Shown: piece by piece, positions 9,184 to 18,534 of the stretch
Layout of the letters: every line of letters begins with the position of its first letter
Numbering within the stretch: position 1 is the stretch's first letter
From: an uncultured Gemmatimonadaceae bacterium
GTDB taxonomy: Bacteria > Gemmatimonadota > Gemmatimonadetes > Gemmatimonadales > Gemmatimonadaceae
Direction: 5' to 3'
Length of the DNA stretch: 64,000 nucleotides
Assembly (NCBI GenBank): GCA_963740355.1
Contig: CAVUDW010000002.1
Location: 1,600,001-1,664,000, forward strand
The notes under the pieces: generated by a model
The model's input: only the letters and a program-made list of their open reading frames with translations
Database searches by the model: none
Told to the model about the DNA's origin: nothing
Translations under genes and position numbers: made by a program

Positions 9184-10665
9184 ATGCAACTCCCCGTGAA
9201 GCGTCTCGTCTCGTCCGTACTCGCTGCCGTGGCCCTCGGCGCCTGTTCGGACAACTCGCCGGTCGATCCCTCGACGTCACAAGAGGCCAGCCTGACCTTC
9301 GGTCGTGGCGGCCGCACCGTCTACGTGCTCAACACCAATGATGCCGGTGCTGGCTCGCTCCGCGCAGCCATCGCGCTGGCAAACGCGAATTCAGCGATCA
9401 GTGCGATCGAGGTCCGGCCGAGGCAGAAGACCATCGCGCTCAAGAGCACCGTGGAGTTCACCGGGAGTCAGGCGCTGACGATCGATGGCAACCGCACCAC
9501 GATCGACGCGGCGGCCGCTGGCGACGATGCGCTCCGCTTCACCGGCGGTGGTAACCTCCGCATCTCGAGCCTGACTGTGCGGAATTCCGCCCAGGAGGGC
9601 ATCGATGTGGAAGTCCCGTCCGGGGCGACCGGGACAGTGGAAGTGACCCTCGTCAATGTGGCCATCGAAGACAACAAGGGGCACGGCGTGCTGGTGAATG
9701 ACCAGGTCGATCAGAGTGCGCCGGAGAATCAGCAGCCGCCATCGGAAGGCTCAGCGGCGTCGTTGGATGTGACGGTCATCGGCTCGACGTTCAAGCGCAA
9801 TGGCTACAGCGTCTCTGATCGCGACGGCTTGCGCGTGAATGAAGGGGGCGTCGGCTCGCTGACGTTCAACTTCTCGCTCAGCCAGGCCGAGAACAATGCG
9901 GCGGACGGCGTCGAGCTCGACGAGCGCGGGGAGGGCGACGTCGTGTTCAATGTCACCGGTTCCACCTTCCGCGAGAACGGCACCTTCGATCCTGAGGATC
10001 TCGACGACGGTTTCGACATCGACGAGTACAACGAGGGAAGCCTGATCGGCAAGGTGAGTTTCAGCGCGGCCATCGACAATTTCGAGGAAGGCTTCGATTT
10101 CAACGAGAACAACACCGGCGACTTCCGCGTCGACATGAGCTTCGTTGAAGCCACGGGCAATCGCGAGGAAGGCATCGATTTCGAGGAGGACGATGACGAC
10201 GCGACCTTCGGGTCGGTTGGTGGCGGAGACCTCGTGACGCGCTTGGTCGCGATCAAGGCCAACCGCAACGGCGTGGATGACGGTGATGCAGGCGTGAAGA
10301 TTCGCGAGAAGTTGCTGGGGAATCTCGATGCCACGATCAACGGCGTGGAAGCGTCGGAGAACTTCCGCAGTGGTATCAGCGTTCGCGAAGACGGTGCCGG
10401 CAACCTCGTCTCCGCGATCTCGAATGCGCGCGTGCTCACCAACGTTGGACAGGGCATCGACTTCGACGAGAACAGCACGGGTGACTTGACGGCCAGTGTG
10501 ACGTCGTCGACGTCAGCGGACAACAACCTGTTTGGTATCCGTGCCGATCAGCAGCTGGCGTCTGGTGCAGGTGTTGGCAGCCTGTTGCTCACCAAGGTGA
10601 CGCTGACTGGCAACGTCGGTGGTACGACCACGGGCGCGAATGTCGTGACTACCGTCGCGCCGTAG
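9184..10665 (+). CDS. Lipoprotein with right-handed beta-helix repeats, acidic-rich
   Basis: Lipobox LGAC; NTNDAGAGSLRAAI cap motif; repeated turns N..DG(V/F/I)(D/E)x(D/N)E. Confidence 0.75.
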   Translation: MQLPVKRLVSSVLAAVALGACSDNSPVDPSTSQEASLTFGRGGRTVYVLNTNDAGAGSLRAAIALANANSAISAIEVRPRQKTIALKSTVEFTGSQALTIDGNRTTIDAAAAGDDALRFTGGGNLRISSLTVRNSAQEGIDVEVPSGATGTVEVTLVNVAIEDNKGHGVLVNDQVDQSAPENQQPPSEGSAASLDVTVIGSTFKRNGYSVSDRDGLRVNEGGVGSLTFNFSLSQAENNAADGVELDERGEGDVVFNVTGSTFRENGTFDPEDLDDGFDIDEYNEGSLIGKVSFSAAIDNFEEGFDFNENNTGDFRVDMSFVEATGNREEGIDFEEDDDDATFGSVGGGDLVTRLVAIKANRNGVDDGDAGVKIREKLLGNLDATINGVEASENFRSGISVREDGAGNLVSAISNARVLTNVGQGIDFDENSTGDLTASVTSSTSADNNLFGIRADQQLASGAGVGSLLLTKVTLTGNVGGTTTGANVVTTVAP

Positions 10666-10683
10666 TCGCGCGCACGCATCAGG

Positions 10684-10722
10684 AGGGTCAGAGGTCTTGC
10701 ATGGTGCAAGATCTCTGACCCT
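10684..10722. repeat. 18-bp-stem palindrome (REP-like or terminator)
   Basis: AGGGTCAGAGGTCTTGCA-TGG-TGCAAGATCTCTGACCCT with one G.T mismatch, 19 nt after the beta-helix gene stop. Confidence 0.6.
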
Positions 10723-11060
10723 TTGACTGCACAGCAGATTGACACCTGCCGCGGGCGACCCGTGACGCAGGCAGGTACGGACCTCGACGCTCCGTCCACG
10801 AACGCATCCGGCATCGCGATTCACCTCATAGTCGCTGACGTCGACACGGGCGTGGCCGGCGTGGAGGTCGTTGCCGGCACGATCGTCGAAGCCCTTTGGG
10901 CATATTCTGCCAGCAATCGTGGCGCGATTCAGAGATCTGCCGGAAACTCATGGCCTCTGGAATGGAAGCGAGCCTGGCGGGGAGACGGGTTGGAGATCGT
11001 CGTTAGCATGGCGCCGGTCCTTACAAAAAGTGATGGCGCTCAGGCGTACCTTCGGTGTCG

Positions 11061-11588
11061 TCACCACGCATCTCCCGGACGCCACTCGACCGAGAGCGGC
11101 GCATCGAGATCGAGTGATGCCGGCGTCTTGGGAAGGCGCAGGATCATCACCTGCTCCTCAGCGTCGGAGGGCTGCTCGCCAGCGTGGTCGCGCACGGAGA
11201 GCGGTCCTCGCCACTGCTCCCAACCGAGTGCCTGGTAGAAGTCCGGCACCGCCGGCGACAGGGCCGCGATGTCGTGGCCCTGCATGCGCGCCACGAGGGC
11301 GCGCATGATGCTCGAGCCGCACCCACGACGCTGATACGCGGGGTGCGTAGCGACCAGTTCGACGTATGCGGCGTGCAGACTGGTATGACCGTCGACGATA
11401 AGCGTGCGATTGACGAGCATGGCGTGCGTGACGAGGGTGTCGCCAACGGTGCCGAGCGCGTGGAGGCCCGGCCCAACGTTACGGAACTCCTGCGCGAGCG
11501 GCTCCGCATAGGCTGCTTCACAGAGAGCGAGTACGGATTGCAAGGTGGCCGGCGTGAGTTGACTGGAGTGCTGGAAGTCGATGTGCAT
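11061..11588 (-). CDS. GNAT acetyltransferase, aminoglycoside 2'-N-acetyltransferase (AAC(2')-I)-like
   Basis: AYVELVATHPAYQRRGCGS (motif A), FYQALGWEQWRGPL, C-terminus LSVEWRPGDAW. Confidence 0.75.
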   Translation of the reverse strand: MHIDFQHSSQLTPATLQSVLALCEAAYAEPLAQEFRNVGPGLHALGTVGDTLVTHAMLVNRTLIVDGHTSLHAAYVELVATHPAYQRRGCGSSIMRALVARMQGHDIAALSPAVPDFYQALGWEQWRGPLSVRDHAGEQPSDAEEQVMILRLPKTPASLDLDAPLSVEWRPGDAW

Positions 11589-11754
11589 GAGCAGGGCATT
11601 GAATGTCCAGCTTAGTCGTCCCTATCCGGGGCTCTCCATCGGGCCCCTTGCGGTGGGCAGAGTCCGCGAGGCGATGCACGAACTCCAACGCGTGGATTGA
11701 AGGAAGCTGACTCCACGCGCCGCAAAGACGCTGCCCCAATCGAGCGTGCGGCAA

Positions 11755-12240
11755 TCACCCCCGCCGCGCCGCCTCGAGCACGGCAATGTCGATCTTGGTC
11801 ATCGACATCATCGCATCAAACGAGCGCTTCGCTGCTGCCGGATCCGGGTCAGTGACGGCCTTCGACAGCGCTGTAGGCGTGATCTGCCAGGACAATCCCC
11901 ACTTGTCCCAGCACCAGCCGCACCGACTCTCCTTGCCGCCGTTGCCGACGATCGCGTTCCAGTAGCGATCCGTCTCGGCCTGATCACTCGTCGCAACTTG
12001 GAACGAGAAGGCCTCGCTGTGCTTGAAGGTCGGTCCCCCATTCAGTCCGAGGCATGGAATACCAAGCACCGTGAATTGCACCGTGAGGACATTGCCCTGC
12101 TTGCCACCCGGGAAATCGCCCGGCGCGCGGTGCACGGCATCGACTGACGAATTGGGAAAGGTTGCTGCATAAAACTCCGCGGCCTCCTGCGCGTCGCCAT
12201 CGTACCACAGACAGATCGTCACCTTCGCTGGCTGGCCCAT
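11755..12240 (-). CDS. VOC family protein (PhnB / 3-demethylubiquinone methyltransferase-like)
   Basis: CLWYDGDAQEAAEFY, LNGGP.F..SEAFSFQV, CGWCWDKWGLSWQI, AMM.M.KIDI. Confidence 0.92.
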   Translation of the reverse strand: MGQPAKVTICLWYDGDAQEAAEFYAATFPNSSVDAVHRAPGDFPGGKQGNVLTVQFTVLGIPCLGLNGGPTFKHSEAFSFQVATSDQAETDRYWNAIVGNGGKESRCGWCWDKWGLSWQITPTALSKAVTDPDPAAAKRSFDAMMSMTKIDIAVLEAARRG

Positions 12241-12693
12241 GTGTCATCTCCGTTATGAAGAGCGCGCCACACCTGCGTCGGGGAGATCCTCGCGCGCGAT
12301 GGGCGGTGGCTCGGTGAACTACCGGACAGTTCGACTCCAGTACCACTGCAATATCATCGGTCGTAGTGATTTTGCATGCTCATTCCTGCCTGTCGGCCCG
12401 CCACTCGAGACGCCGACGCGCCGGCCAGTGCAGTGCCCGTACGTGAGGCACATGCCGCAAATGCTGATCGGGAAAAGACGCCAGCGCGTGACGGCGCAGC
12501 ACGTTTCTGCGAATGCAAAATAATTCGCTATTCGCTGTAAGGATCGCGTGAACTTTCTCTTCCCAGGCTGAGTACGATTCGCCCATCGCTGCGACACAAA
12601 CAGCGCGCGTTCTTCGCCGAGTGTTCCGCACGCACGGTCGCTGATGTTGTGCCTGTCGCGTATTCGTCGCTGCCTGTCTCAATTCTCTCGCAC

Positions 12694-13776
12694 ATGACCT
12701 CGAAGCCACTCCTCGCCGGGCTCGTCGCCCTCGCCCTGTTGTCTGCATGCCAGAAAGAAGCGGAGAAGAAGGAGGAGGCTCCCCAGTTCCTGGCCACGCG
12801 GCCGATGATCGTCGATACGTCGTACGAAAAGCAGTACGTGGCGCAGCTTCGGTCGTTCCGCAACATCGAGATTCGGGCACAGGAGAAAGGCTTCCTCGAC
12901 CAGATGCCGGTGGATGAAGGTCGGACCGTGCGTCAGGGACAGTTGCTGTTCCGGATCATGCCCAAGGTCTATGAGGCGGAGCTGCAGAAGGCGGAGGCGG
13001 AGGTACGAGCAGCAGAAATCGAACTCCAGAACGCCCAGACGCTCGTCAACAACAACGTCGTCTCGAAGAATGAGCAGGCGATGGCGCAGGCGAAGCTCGA
13101 TCAGGCGCGGGCTGAGGCGACGGCTGCGCGGCTGCATGTCGGATTCACCGCCATTCGCGCGCCATTTGACGGCGTGCTGGACCGCATTCCGAAGAAGCTG
13201 GGAAGCTTGATCGAGGAAGGGGAGCTCCTCACCACGCTCTCCGACAACCATCGGATGTTCGCCTACTTCAACGTCTCGGAACCCGAATACCTGGACTATC
13301 GCGCGAATGCCGCAAATCGCGCCAGCCAGAAGGTCTCGCTCCTGCTCGCCAACAACACGCGATTCCCGCACCAGGGCGAGGTCGAGACGATCGAAGGCGA
13401 GTTCAACAGCGAGACGGGCAACATTGCGTTCCGGGCTGTCTTCCCGAACGCCGAGCAACTGCTGAGGAACGGTGAGACGGGCAAGGTCCTGCTGACGGTG
13501 CCGTATCGCCATGCTCTGCTCATTCCGCAAAAGGCAACCTACGAGATCCAGGACAAGACCTACGTATTCGTGATCGACAAGAGCAATCGCGTCCATGCAC
13601 GGCTGATCACGATTGCCGGCCAGCTGCCGGATCTCTACATCGTGGGCAGCGGATTGTCGGTTGACGACCGAATCCTGCTCGAAGGCGTGCAGAAGGTGAA
13701 GGACGACGAGGTGGTCCGATTCGCGATGAAGGACCCGCGCGACGTGCTGTCATCACTTCGGCTGAAGGCGGAATAG
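12694..13776 (+). CDS. RND efflux periplasmic adaptor (membrane fusion) lipoprotein
   Basis: Lipobox LSAC; EGRTVRQGQLLF, IRAPFDG, FPN..QLLRNG; first gene of the RND operon. Confidence 0.95.
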   Translation: MTSKPLLAGLVALALLSACQKEAEKKEEAPQFLATRPMIVDTSYEKQYVAQLRSFRNIEIRAQEKGFLDQMPVDEGRTVRQGQLLFRIMPKVYEAELQKAEAEVRAAEIELQNAQTLVNNNVVSKNEQAMAQAKLDQARAEATAARLHVGFTAIRAPFDGVLDRIPKKLGSLIEEGELLTTLSDNHRMFAYFNVSEPEYLDYRANAANRASQKVSLLLANNTRFPHQGEVETIEGEFNSETGNIAFRAVFPNAEQLLRNGETGKVLLTVPYRHALLIPQKATYEIQDKTYVFVIDKSNRVHARLITIAGQLPDLYIVGSGLSVDDRILLEGVQKVKDDEVVRFAMKDPRDVLSSLRLKAE

Positions 13777-13804
13777 TGGGCGACGCCTTCTGGGGTGACG
13801 TCAC

Positions 13805-16800
13805 ATGCTGAACCGATTCATTCAGCGCCCGATTCTTTCGATCGTCCTGTCCTTGATGATCGTGTTCATCGGTGGCCTGGCCCTGATGGGGCTTCCGGTG
13901 ACGCAGTACCCGAACATTTCGCCGCCCAAGGTGACGGTGGTGGCGGACTATCCCGGCGCCAACAACGAGCTGCTGATCAAGGCAGTCGTCATTCCGCTGG
14001 AGCGGGCGATCAATGGTGCGCAGGGCCTCAAGTACATCGCCTCCGACGCGGGCAATGATGGTGAGGCGAGTATCCAGGTCGTCTTCAACCTCGGCACGGA
14101 CCCGAACCAGGCCACACTCGCGGTCCAGAATCGCGTGGCGTCGGTGGTGAACAAGCTTCCGCCGATCGTCGTCCGCGAAGGCGTCAAGATCTCGCGCGAG
14201 GAGCCGAACATGCTCCTCTACATCAACCTGTACAGCGACGACAAGACAGCCGACCAGAAGTTCCTGTTCAATTTTGCGGACATCAACCTGATCTCGGAAT
14301 TGCGGCGGGTGGACGGCGTGGGGTTCGCCGACATCCTTGGCAATCGCGAGTACGCCATGCGGATCTGGCTCAAGCCTGACCGCATGACGACCTTCAAGAT
14401 CTCCGCCGATGAGGTGATGGAGGCACTGAGCGCGCAAAGCCTCGAGGCGTCGCCGGGCAAGACGGGCGAAAGTTCGGGCAAGCGCTCGCAGGCGTTCGAA
14501 TACGTGCTCAAGTATCCTGGCCGTTTCACGACCAAGGAGCAGTACGAGAACGTCGTCGTGCGGGCGAGCCCGAACGGGGAGATCCTGCACCTCAAGGACA
14601 TCGCCGAGGTGGAGTTCGGTAGCTCGATGTACGACATCTACTCGAGCATCAATGGCAAGCCGTCAGCGGCGATCACGCTCAAGCAGTCCTACGGAAGCAA
14701 CGCCAGTCAGGTCATCAAGGACGTAAAGACCCGGCTCGACGAGATCAGCCGGGCGTCGTTCCCGAAGGGGATGCACTACGAGATCAGCTACGACGTCTCG
14801 AAGTTCCTCGATGCCTCCATCGAGAAGGTGCTGCACACACTGGTCGAGGCGTTCCTGCTCGTTAGCGTGGTGGTGTTCGTCTTCCTTGGTGACTGGCGTT
14901 CCACGCTCATCCCGGCGATCGCGGTTCCGGTTTCGCTGATCGGCACCTTCGCGTTCATGCAGGTGTTCGGGATCACGCTCAACATGATCACGCTCTTCGC
15001 ACTGGTGCTGGCGATCGGCATCGTGGTGGACAACGCGATCGTGGTGATCGAGGCGGTGCACGCGATCATGGAAGCCGAGGGGCTCGATCCGCTGCGGGCG
15101 ACGCGCAAGGCAATCCGGCAGATTGCCGGTGCCATCATCGCGATCACGTTCGTGATGGCGGCGGTGTTCATACCGGTGGCCTTCCTCTCCGGTCCGGTCG
15201 GCATCTTCTACCGGCAGTTCTCGATCGTCATGGCGACGGCGATCATGATCTCGGGATTCGTGGCCCTCACGCTGACGCCAGCGCTTTGCGCCATGCTCCT
15301 CAAGCCGCATACGAAGGTCGGCGAGCATTCGCTCATCGGTCGATTCCTGGCGACCTTCAACCGGATCTTCGGCCGCGCCACAGATCGTTACGTCGGGCTG
15401 CTGTCGGCGATCGCATCGCGGCGCGTGGTGACGTTTGGTGCACTCGCGCTGCTCTGTGCGGCGACGTGGCTCACTGGGCGCTCGGTGCAGGCTGGCTTCA
15501 TCCCCAATGAAGACCAGGGGATGTTCTACGCGATCGTTCAGACGCCCCCTGGCTCGTCGCTGGAGCGCACCAACGCAGTCGTGACGCAGCTGCAGAAGGC
15601 GGCCGAGTCGGTTGACGGCGTCAAGTCGGTCTCGGCGTTGGCGGGGTACGAAATCCTCACCGAAGGCACCGGGTCCAACACTGGCACCTGCCTGATCAAC
15701 CTGAAGGACTGGAGTGAACGGACCCACTCGGCACAACAGATCATCGATGAGATGGAAGCCAAGGTCCGGGACATCAGCGGCGCGAATATCGAGTTCTTTC
15801 TTCCGCCAGCGCTGCCTGGATACGGTGCGGCCGGTGGCTTCGAACTGCGACTGCTCGACAAGGCGGGCTCCGGGGACTACAAGCGCATGGAGCAGGTCAG
15901 CAACGATTTCGTGGCCGAACTGAACAAGCGCAAGGAACTGAGCTCCGTGTTCAGCTTCTATAGCGCCAGCTTCCCGCAATACATGCTGCACATCGACAAC
16001 GAACTCGCGCAGCAGAAGGGAGTCAGCATCGATAACGCGCTCAACACGCTGTCGACGCTGCTCGGCAGCAACTACGAGATCAGCTTCATCAAGTTCGATC
16101 GCCAGTACAAGGTCATCACGCAGGCGGCGCCCGAATACCGCGCCCTCCCTGAGGATGTCCTCAAGCTTTCGGTCAAGAACAATCGCGATGAGATGGTGCC
16201 GTACTCGGCATTCATGCGCATGGAGAAGGTGTACGGCCTGTCCGAGATCACGCGGCACAACATGTCGAATTCCTCCGAGATCAGCGGTGCGGCGGCGGCT
16301 GGGTACAGCAGCGGCGACGTGCTTGGAATCATTGCGGAGACAGCGCGGAGGACGCTGCCGCGAGGGTTCGACATCGATTGGGCCGGCATCTCGATCGACG
16401 AGGTGCGACAGGGCAACCAGGCGATCTACATCTTCATCGTCTCGCTGGTCTTCGTCTACCTCATTCTTTCGGCACAGTACGAAAGCTTCATCCTCCCGCT
16501 GGCGGTGATCCTGTCGCTGCCGGCCGGTGTGCTTGGAGCGTTCCTGCTCCTGCTGGTGACTGGGCTCGAGAACAACATCTATGCCCAGATCGCGATGGTG
16601 ATGCTGATCGGCCTGCTGGGCAAGAACGCAGTGCTGATCGTGGAGTTCGCGTCGCTGAAACACAGCGAGGGCGCCTCGGTGCGTGATGCGGCCCTCGAGG
16701 GAGCTCGGACGCGATTCCGCCCGATCCTGATGACGTCGTTTGCGTTCATTGCGGGGCTGATCCCACTCATGTTCGCGACGGGGCCGGGCAGGATCGGAAA

Positions 16801-16960
16801 TCGCACCATCGGCTCGGCGGCGTTTGGCGGCATGCTGGTGGGAACGGTGCTCGGCGTGATCCTCATCCCTGGGCTCTACTACGCCTTCGCGCGGACGTCG
16901 GAACGGCACCCGTTCCATGCCGACGAAGATGAATCCCCGCTTTCGGAAGTCGAACAGTGA
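13805..16960 (+). CDS. RND efflux permease, HAE1/AcrB family
   Basis: 1051 aa; FIQRPILSIV, LPVTQYPNISPP, GIVVDNAIVVIE, GKNAVLIVEFA, RFRPILMTS. Confidence 0.97.
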   Translation: MLNRFIQRPILSIVLSLMIVFIGGLALMGLPVTQYPNISPPKVTVVADYPGANNELLIKAVVIPLERAINGAQGLKYIASDAGNDGEASIQVVFNLGTDPNQATLAVQNRVASVVNKLPPIVVREGVKISREEPNMLLYINLYSDDKTADQKFLFNFADINLISELRRVDGVGFADILGNREYAMRIWLKPDRMTTFKISADEVMEALSAQSLEASPGKTGESSGKRSQAFEYVLKYPGRFTTKEQYENVVVRASPNGEILHLKDIAEVEFGSSMYDIYSSINGKPSAAITLKQSYGSNASQVIKDVKTRLDEISRASFPKGMHYEISYDVSKFLDASIEKVLHTLVEAFLLVSVVVFVFLGDWRSTLIPAIAVPVSLIGTFAFMQVFGITLNMITLFALVLAIGIVVDNAIVVIEAVHAIMEAEGLDPLRATRKAIRQIAGAIIAITFVMAAVFIPVAFLSGPVGIFYRQFSIVMATAIMISGFVALTLTPALCAMLLKPHTKVGEHSLIGRFLATFNRIFGRATDRYVGLLSAIASRRVVTFGALALLCAATWLTGRSVQAGFIPNEDQGMFYAIVQTPPGSSLERTNAVVTQLQKAAESVDGVKSVSALAGYEILTEGTGSNTGTCLINLKDWSERTHSAQQIIDEMEAKVRDISGANIEFFLPPALPGYGAAGGFELRLLDKAGSGDYKRMEQVSNDFVAELNKRKELSSVFSFYSASFPQYMLHIDNELAQQKGVSIDNALNTLSTLLGSNYEISFIKFDRQYKVITQAAPEYRALPEDVLKLSVKNNRDEMVPYSAFMRMEKVYGLSEITRHNMSNSSEISGAAAAGYSSGDVLGIIAETARRTLPRGFDIDWAGISIDEVRQGNQAIYIFIVSLVFVYLILSAQYESFILPLAVILSLPAGVLGAFLLLLVTGLENNIYAQIAMVMLIGLLGKNAVLIVEFASLKHSEGASVRDAALEGARTRFRPILMTSFAFIAGLIPLMFATGPGRIGNRTIGSAAFGGMLVGTVLGVILIPGLYYAFARTSERHPFHADEDESPLSEVEQ

Positions 16961-18411
16961 TGCGCAGACTCGTGATCGTGATTCGTGAGAGGCTGTGGGG
17001 CATTGGTCTGCTGACGCTGGCGGGCTGTGTGGCGCCGACCATGGCTCCTACACCGAAAGTGGCGGCCGTACCGGCGTCATTTGGCGTCGCTGGGCAAACG
17101 GCGCGCAGCGGCGACAGTGTGAGTTCAGGTGACATCGCCTGGCGCACGTTCTTCGAGGACACGACGCTCGTTGCACTGATCGACACGGCGGTTCACAACA
17201 ATCCGGAGCTGCTGGCCACGTTGCAGGAAGTCGAGATGGCGCGCTTCGAGGTGCAATCGGTGCGAGGGCGACTATTGCCGCAGGTCTCGCTGGCGGCAGG
17301 CCTCGGTGTGGAGAAGAGTGCGCGATACACCTCCGAAGGCGCCGGCAACGCGTCGACGGACATCACCGACGGCAGGAGGGTGCCGGAGCCGCTGACGGAT
17401 CTCAGCCTCGGGTTCGTGGCGGGGTGGGAAGCGGATATTCGTGGGAAGATCCGGAGCCAGAAAGGCGCGGCGCTCTCACGGTATCTGGCGACCGTCGAGG
17501 GCAGCCGGTACGTGAAGACGGGGCTCGTCGCTGAAGTGACGAACAGTTACTACGAGCTGGAAGCGCTCGACGCCAAGCTGGCGATCGTTCGGCAGAGCAT
17601 CGTGCTGCAGCGCAGCGCGTTGACGGCGGTGCGGGCCCAGCGCGAAGCGGCGGTGGTGAGCGAACTCGCGGTACAGCAATTCTCGGCGCTGCTGCTCAAT
17701 GCGGAGGCACTGGAGTACGAGTTGCTGCAGCAGATCAAGGAGGTGGAGAACCGGCTCAACCTGCTGCTCGGTCGTTACCCGCAGGTGGTTTCGCGCGGCC
17801 ACGTCGACTCGACGTCGGCGCTGCGCCCGCTCGTGCATGGCCTCCCATCGCACTTGCTCGAGAATCGGCCGGACATCAAGGCCGCGGAGTGGGCGCTGCA
17901 GGCTGCGCATTTCGATGTGAAGGCCGCGCGGGCCGAGTTTTTTCCCGGGGTCAATCTCAGCGCGGGGCTTGGCGTGCGCGCGTTCAAGCCAAGCCTTCTG
18001 TTCACCATCCCTGAGTCGATGGCGTATGCACTGGGTGGTGATCTGATGGCACCGCTGTTCAATCGCCGCGCCATCAAGGCCGAGTATGGGCTGGCCAGCG
18101 CGGCGCAGCAGCAGGCGCTGCAGAATTACCGGCGCAGCATTCTCGGGGGGGTGACGGAGGTTGCCACACTCATGTCGGCGCTCGACAATCTCGAGCACGT
18201 GTACAGCTTCAAGTCGCAGCAGGCGGCGGCGCTCGATCGATCCACTGGCATTGCGGGGCAACTCTTTGCGTCGGCCCGCGCAAACTATCTCGAGGTGCTC
18301 ACGGCGCAGCGTGAGGCGTTGGACGTGAAGCTGGAGCTGGTGGAGACACGGCTAAGGCAGCAGGTCGCGATGACCAATCTGTATCGAGCACTCGGGGGTG
18401 GGTGGAAGTAG
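16957..18411 (+). CDS. Outer membrane efflux lipoprotein (TolC/OprM family)
   Basis: NNPEL, WEADIRGK, LLENRPDIKAAE, YLEVLTAQR, LYRALGGGW; GTGA overlap with the permease. Confidence 0.95.
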   Translation: MMRRLVIVIRERLWGIGLLTLAGCVAPTMAPTPKVAAVPASFGVAGQTARSGDSVSSGDIAWRTFFEDTTLVALIDTAVHNNPELLATLQEVEMARFEVQSVRGRLLPQVSLAAGLGVEKSARYTSEGAGNASTDITDGRRVPEPLTDLSLGFVAGWEADIRGKIRSQKGAALSRYLATVEGSRYVKTGLVAEVTNSYYELEALDAKLAIVRQSIVLQRSALTAVRAQREAAVVSELAVQQFSALLLNAEALEYELLQQIKEVENRLNLLLGRYPQVVSRGHVDSTSALRPLVHGLPSHLLENRPDIKAAEWALQAAHFDVKAARAEFFPGVNLSAGLGVRAFKPSLLFTIPESMAYALGGDLMAPLFNRRAIKAEYGLASAAQQQALQNYRRSILGGVTEVATLMSALDNLEHVYSFKSQQAAALDRSTGIAGQLFASARANYLEVLTAQREALDVKLELVETRLRQQVAMTNLYRALGGGWK

Positions 18412-18534
18412 GTGTTGGGCCGCAGTTTGTCGGCGCAGCGTGCGTTGGGCGGCAGAGATCGTGATCGGTTCACGACCTCTGCCCCCCCCTCAGTGCACGT
18501 CGATCAGCGAGTCAGCCGTGCAACAGTCGGACAC

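Noticed and set aside
10723..11238. 171-aa plus-strand ORF after the beta-helix gene
   Set aside because: No RBS or motif, and it overlaps the GNAT gene; at most a remnant
14663..16918. Long antisense ORF (751 aa) and similar shadow ORFs (22622-24007, 35108-36574, 5585-6601)
   Set aside because: They lie opposite well-supported genes, have no motifs, and are typical of high-GC codon bias
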